This document shows positions 63,846 through 64,000 of a stretch of 64,000 nt of DNA, piece by piece; position 1 is the first letter of the stretch; every line of letters begins with the position of its first letter. The stretch comes from Oculina patagonica (lineage: Eukaryota): assembly GCF_052425735.1 (NCBI RefSeq), contig NC_135760.1, positions 25,296,001 through 25,360,000 of the forward strand, written 5' to 3'. The notes under the pieces were generated by a model. It had not been told where the DNA came from and did no database searches. It saw only the letters and a program-made list of their open reading frames with translations. A program made the position numbers and the translations under genes.

Positions 63846-64000
63846 GATTGACTGTTGATTTCTGGACGGGCCCCGTTCTACCTCGTGCGAGCAATACAAA
63901 CGACTGCACTCAACAGACGTCAAGTAGTGGAAAGAAAGAAACATATACACACAACTCATAGCATCAATCCCGTTGTTTTAGTAGGGGTTTGCAGAACGAA

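Overview
Eukaryotic, AT-rich, intron-containing DNA, most likely from a cnidarian such as a stony coral (inferred from the GPCR type and repeat landscape; not verifiable here). The window is a birth-and-death gene cluster built from one repeated unit: a single-exon class A GPCR (309 aa) facing, tail-to-tail across a homologous ~1.6-1.75 kb spacer, a 5-coding-exon, ~810 aa multi-transmembrane phospholipase of the patatin/cPLA2 superfamily. The lipase keeps the GGGIR oxyanion motif, the CVSGG serine and the SDGG aspartate, and its motif set resembles a bacterial TM-patatin family more than animal cPLA2/PNPLA. There are five lipase copies: A (+, frameshifted), B (-, intact), C (+, intact), D (-, exon 5 only) and E (-, exons 4-5 only). 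There are five GPCR copies: G1 and G2 intact, G3 and G4 pseudogenes, G5 truncated at NPxxY. Only G2-B is intact on both sides. The cluster shows segmental duplication, inversion and probable gene conversion. It also carries many insertions datable by paralogous empty sites: MITEs, SINEs, Helentron-like elements, RTE and L1/Tx1 LINE fragments, a Penelope GIY-YIG fragment inside a TIR element, a 121-bp satellite and a 44-bp minisatellite.
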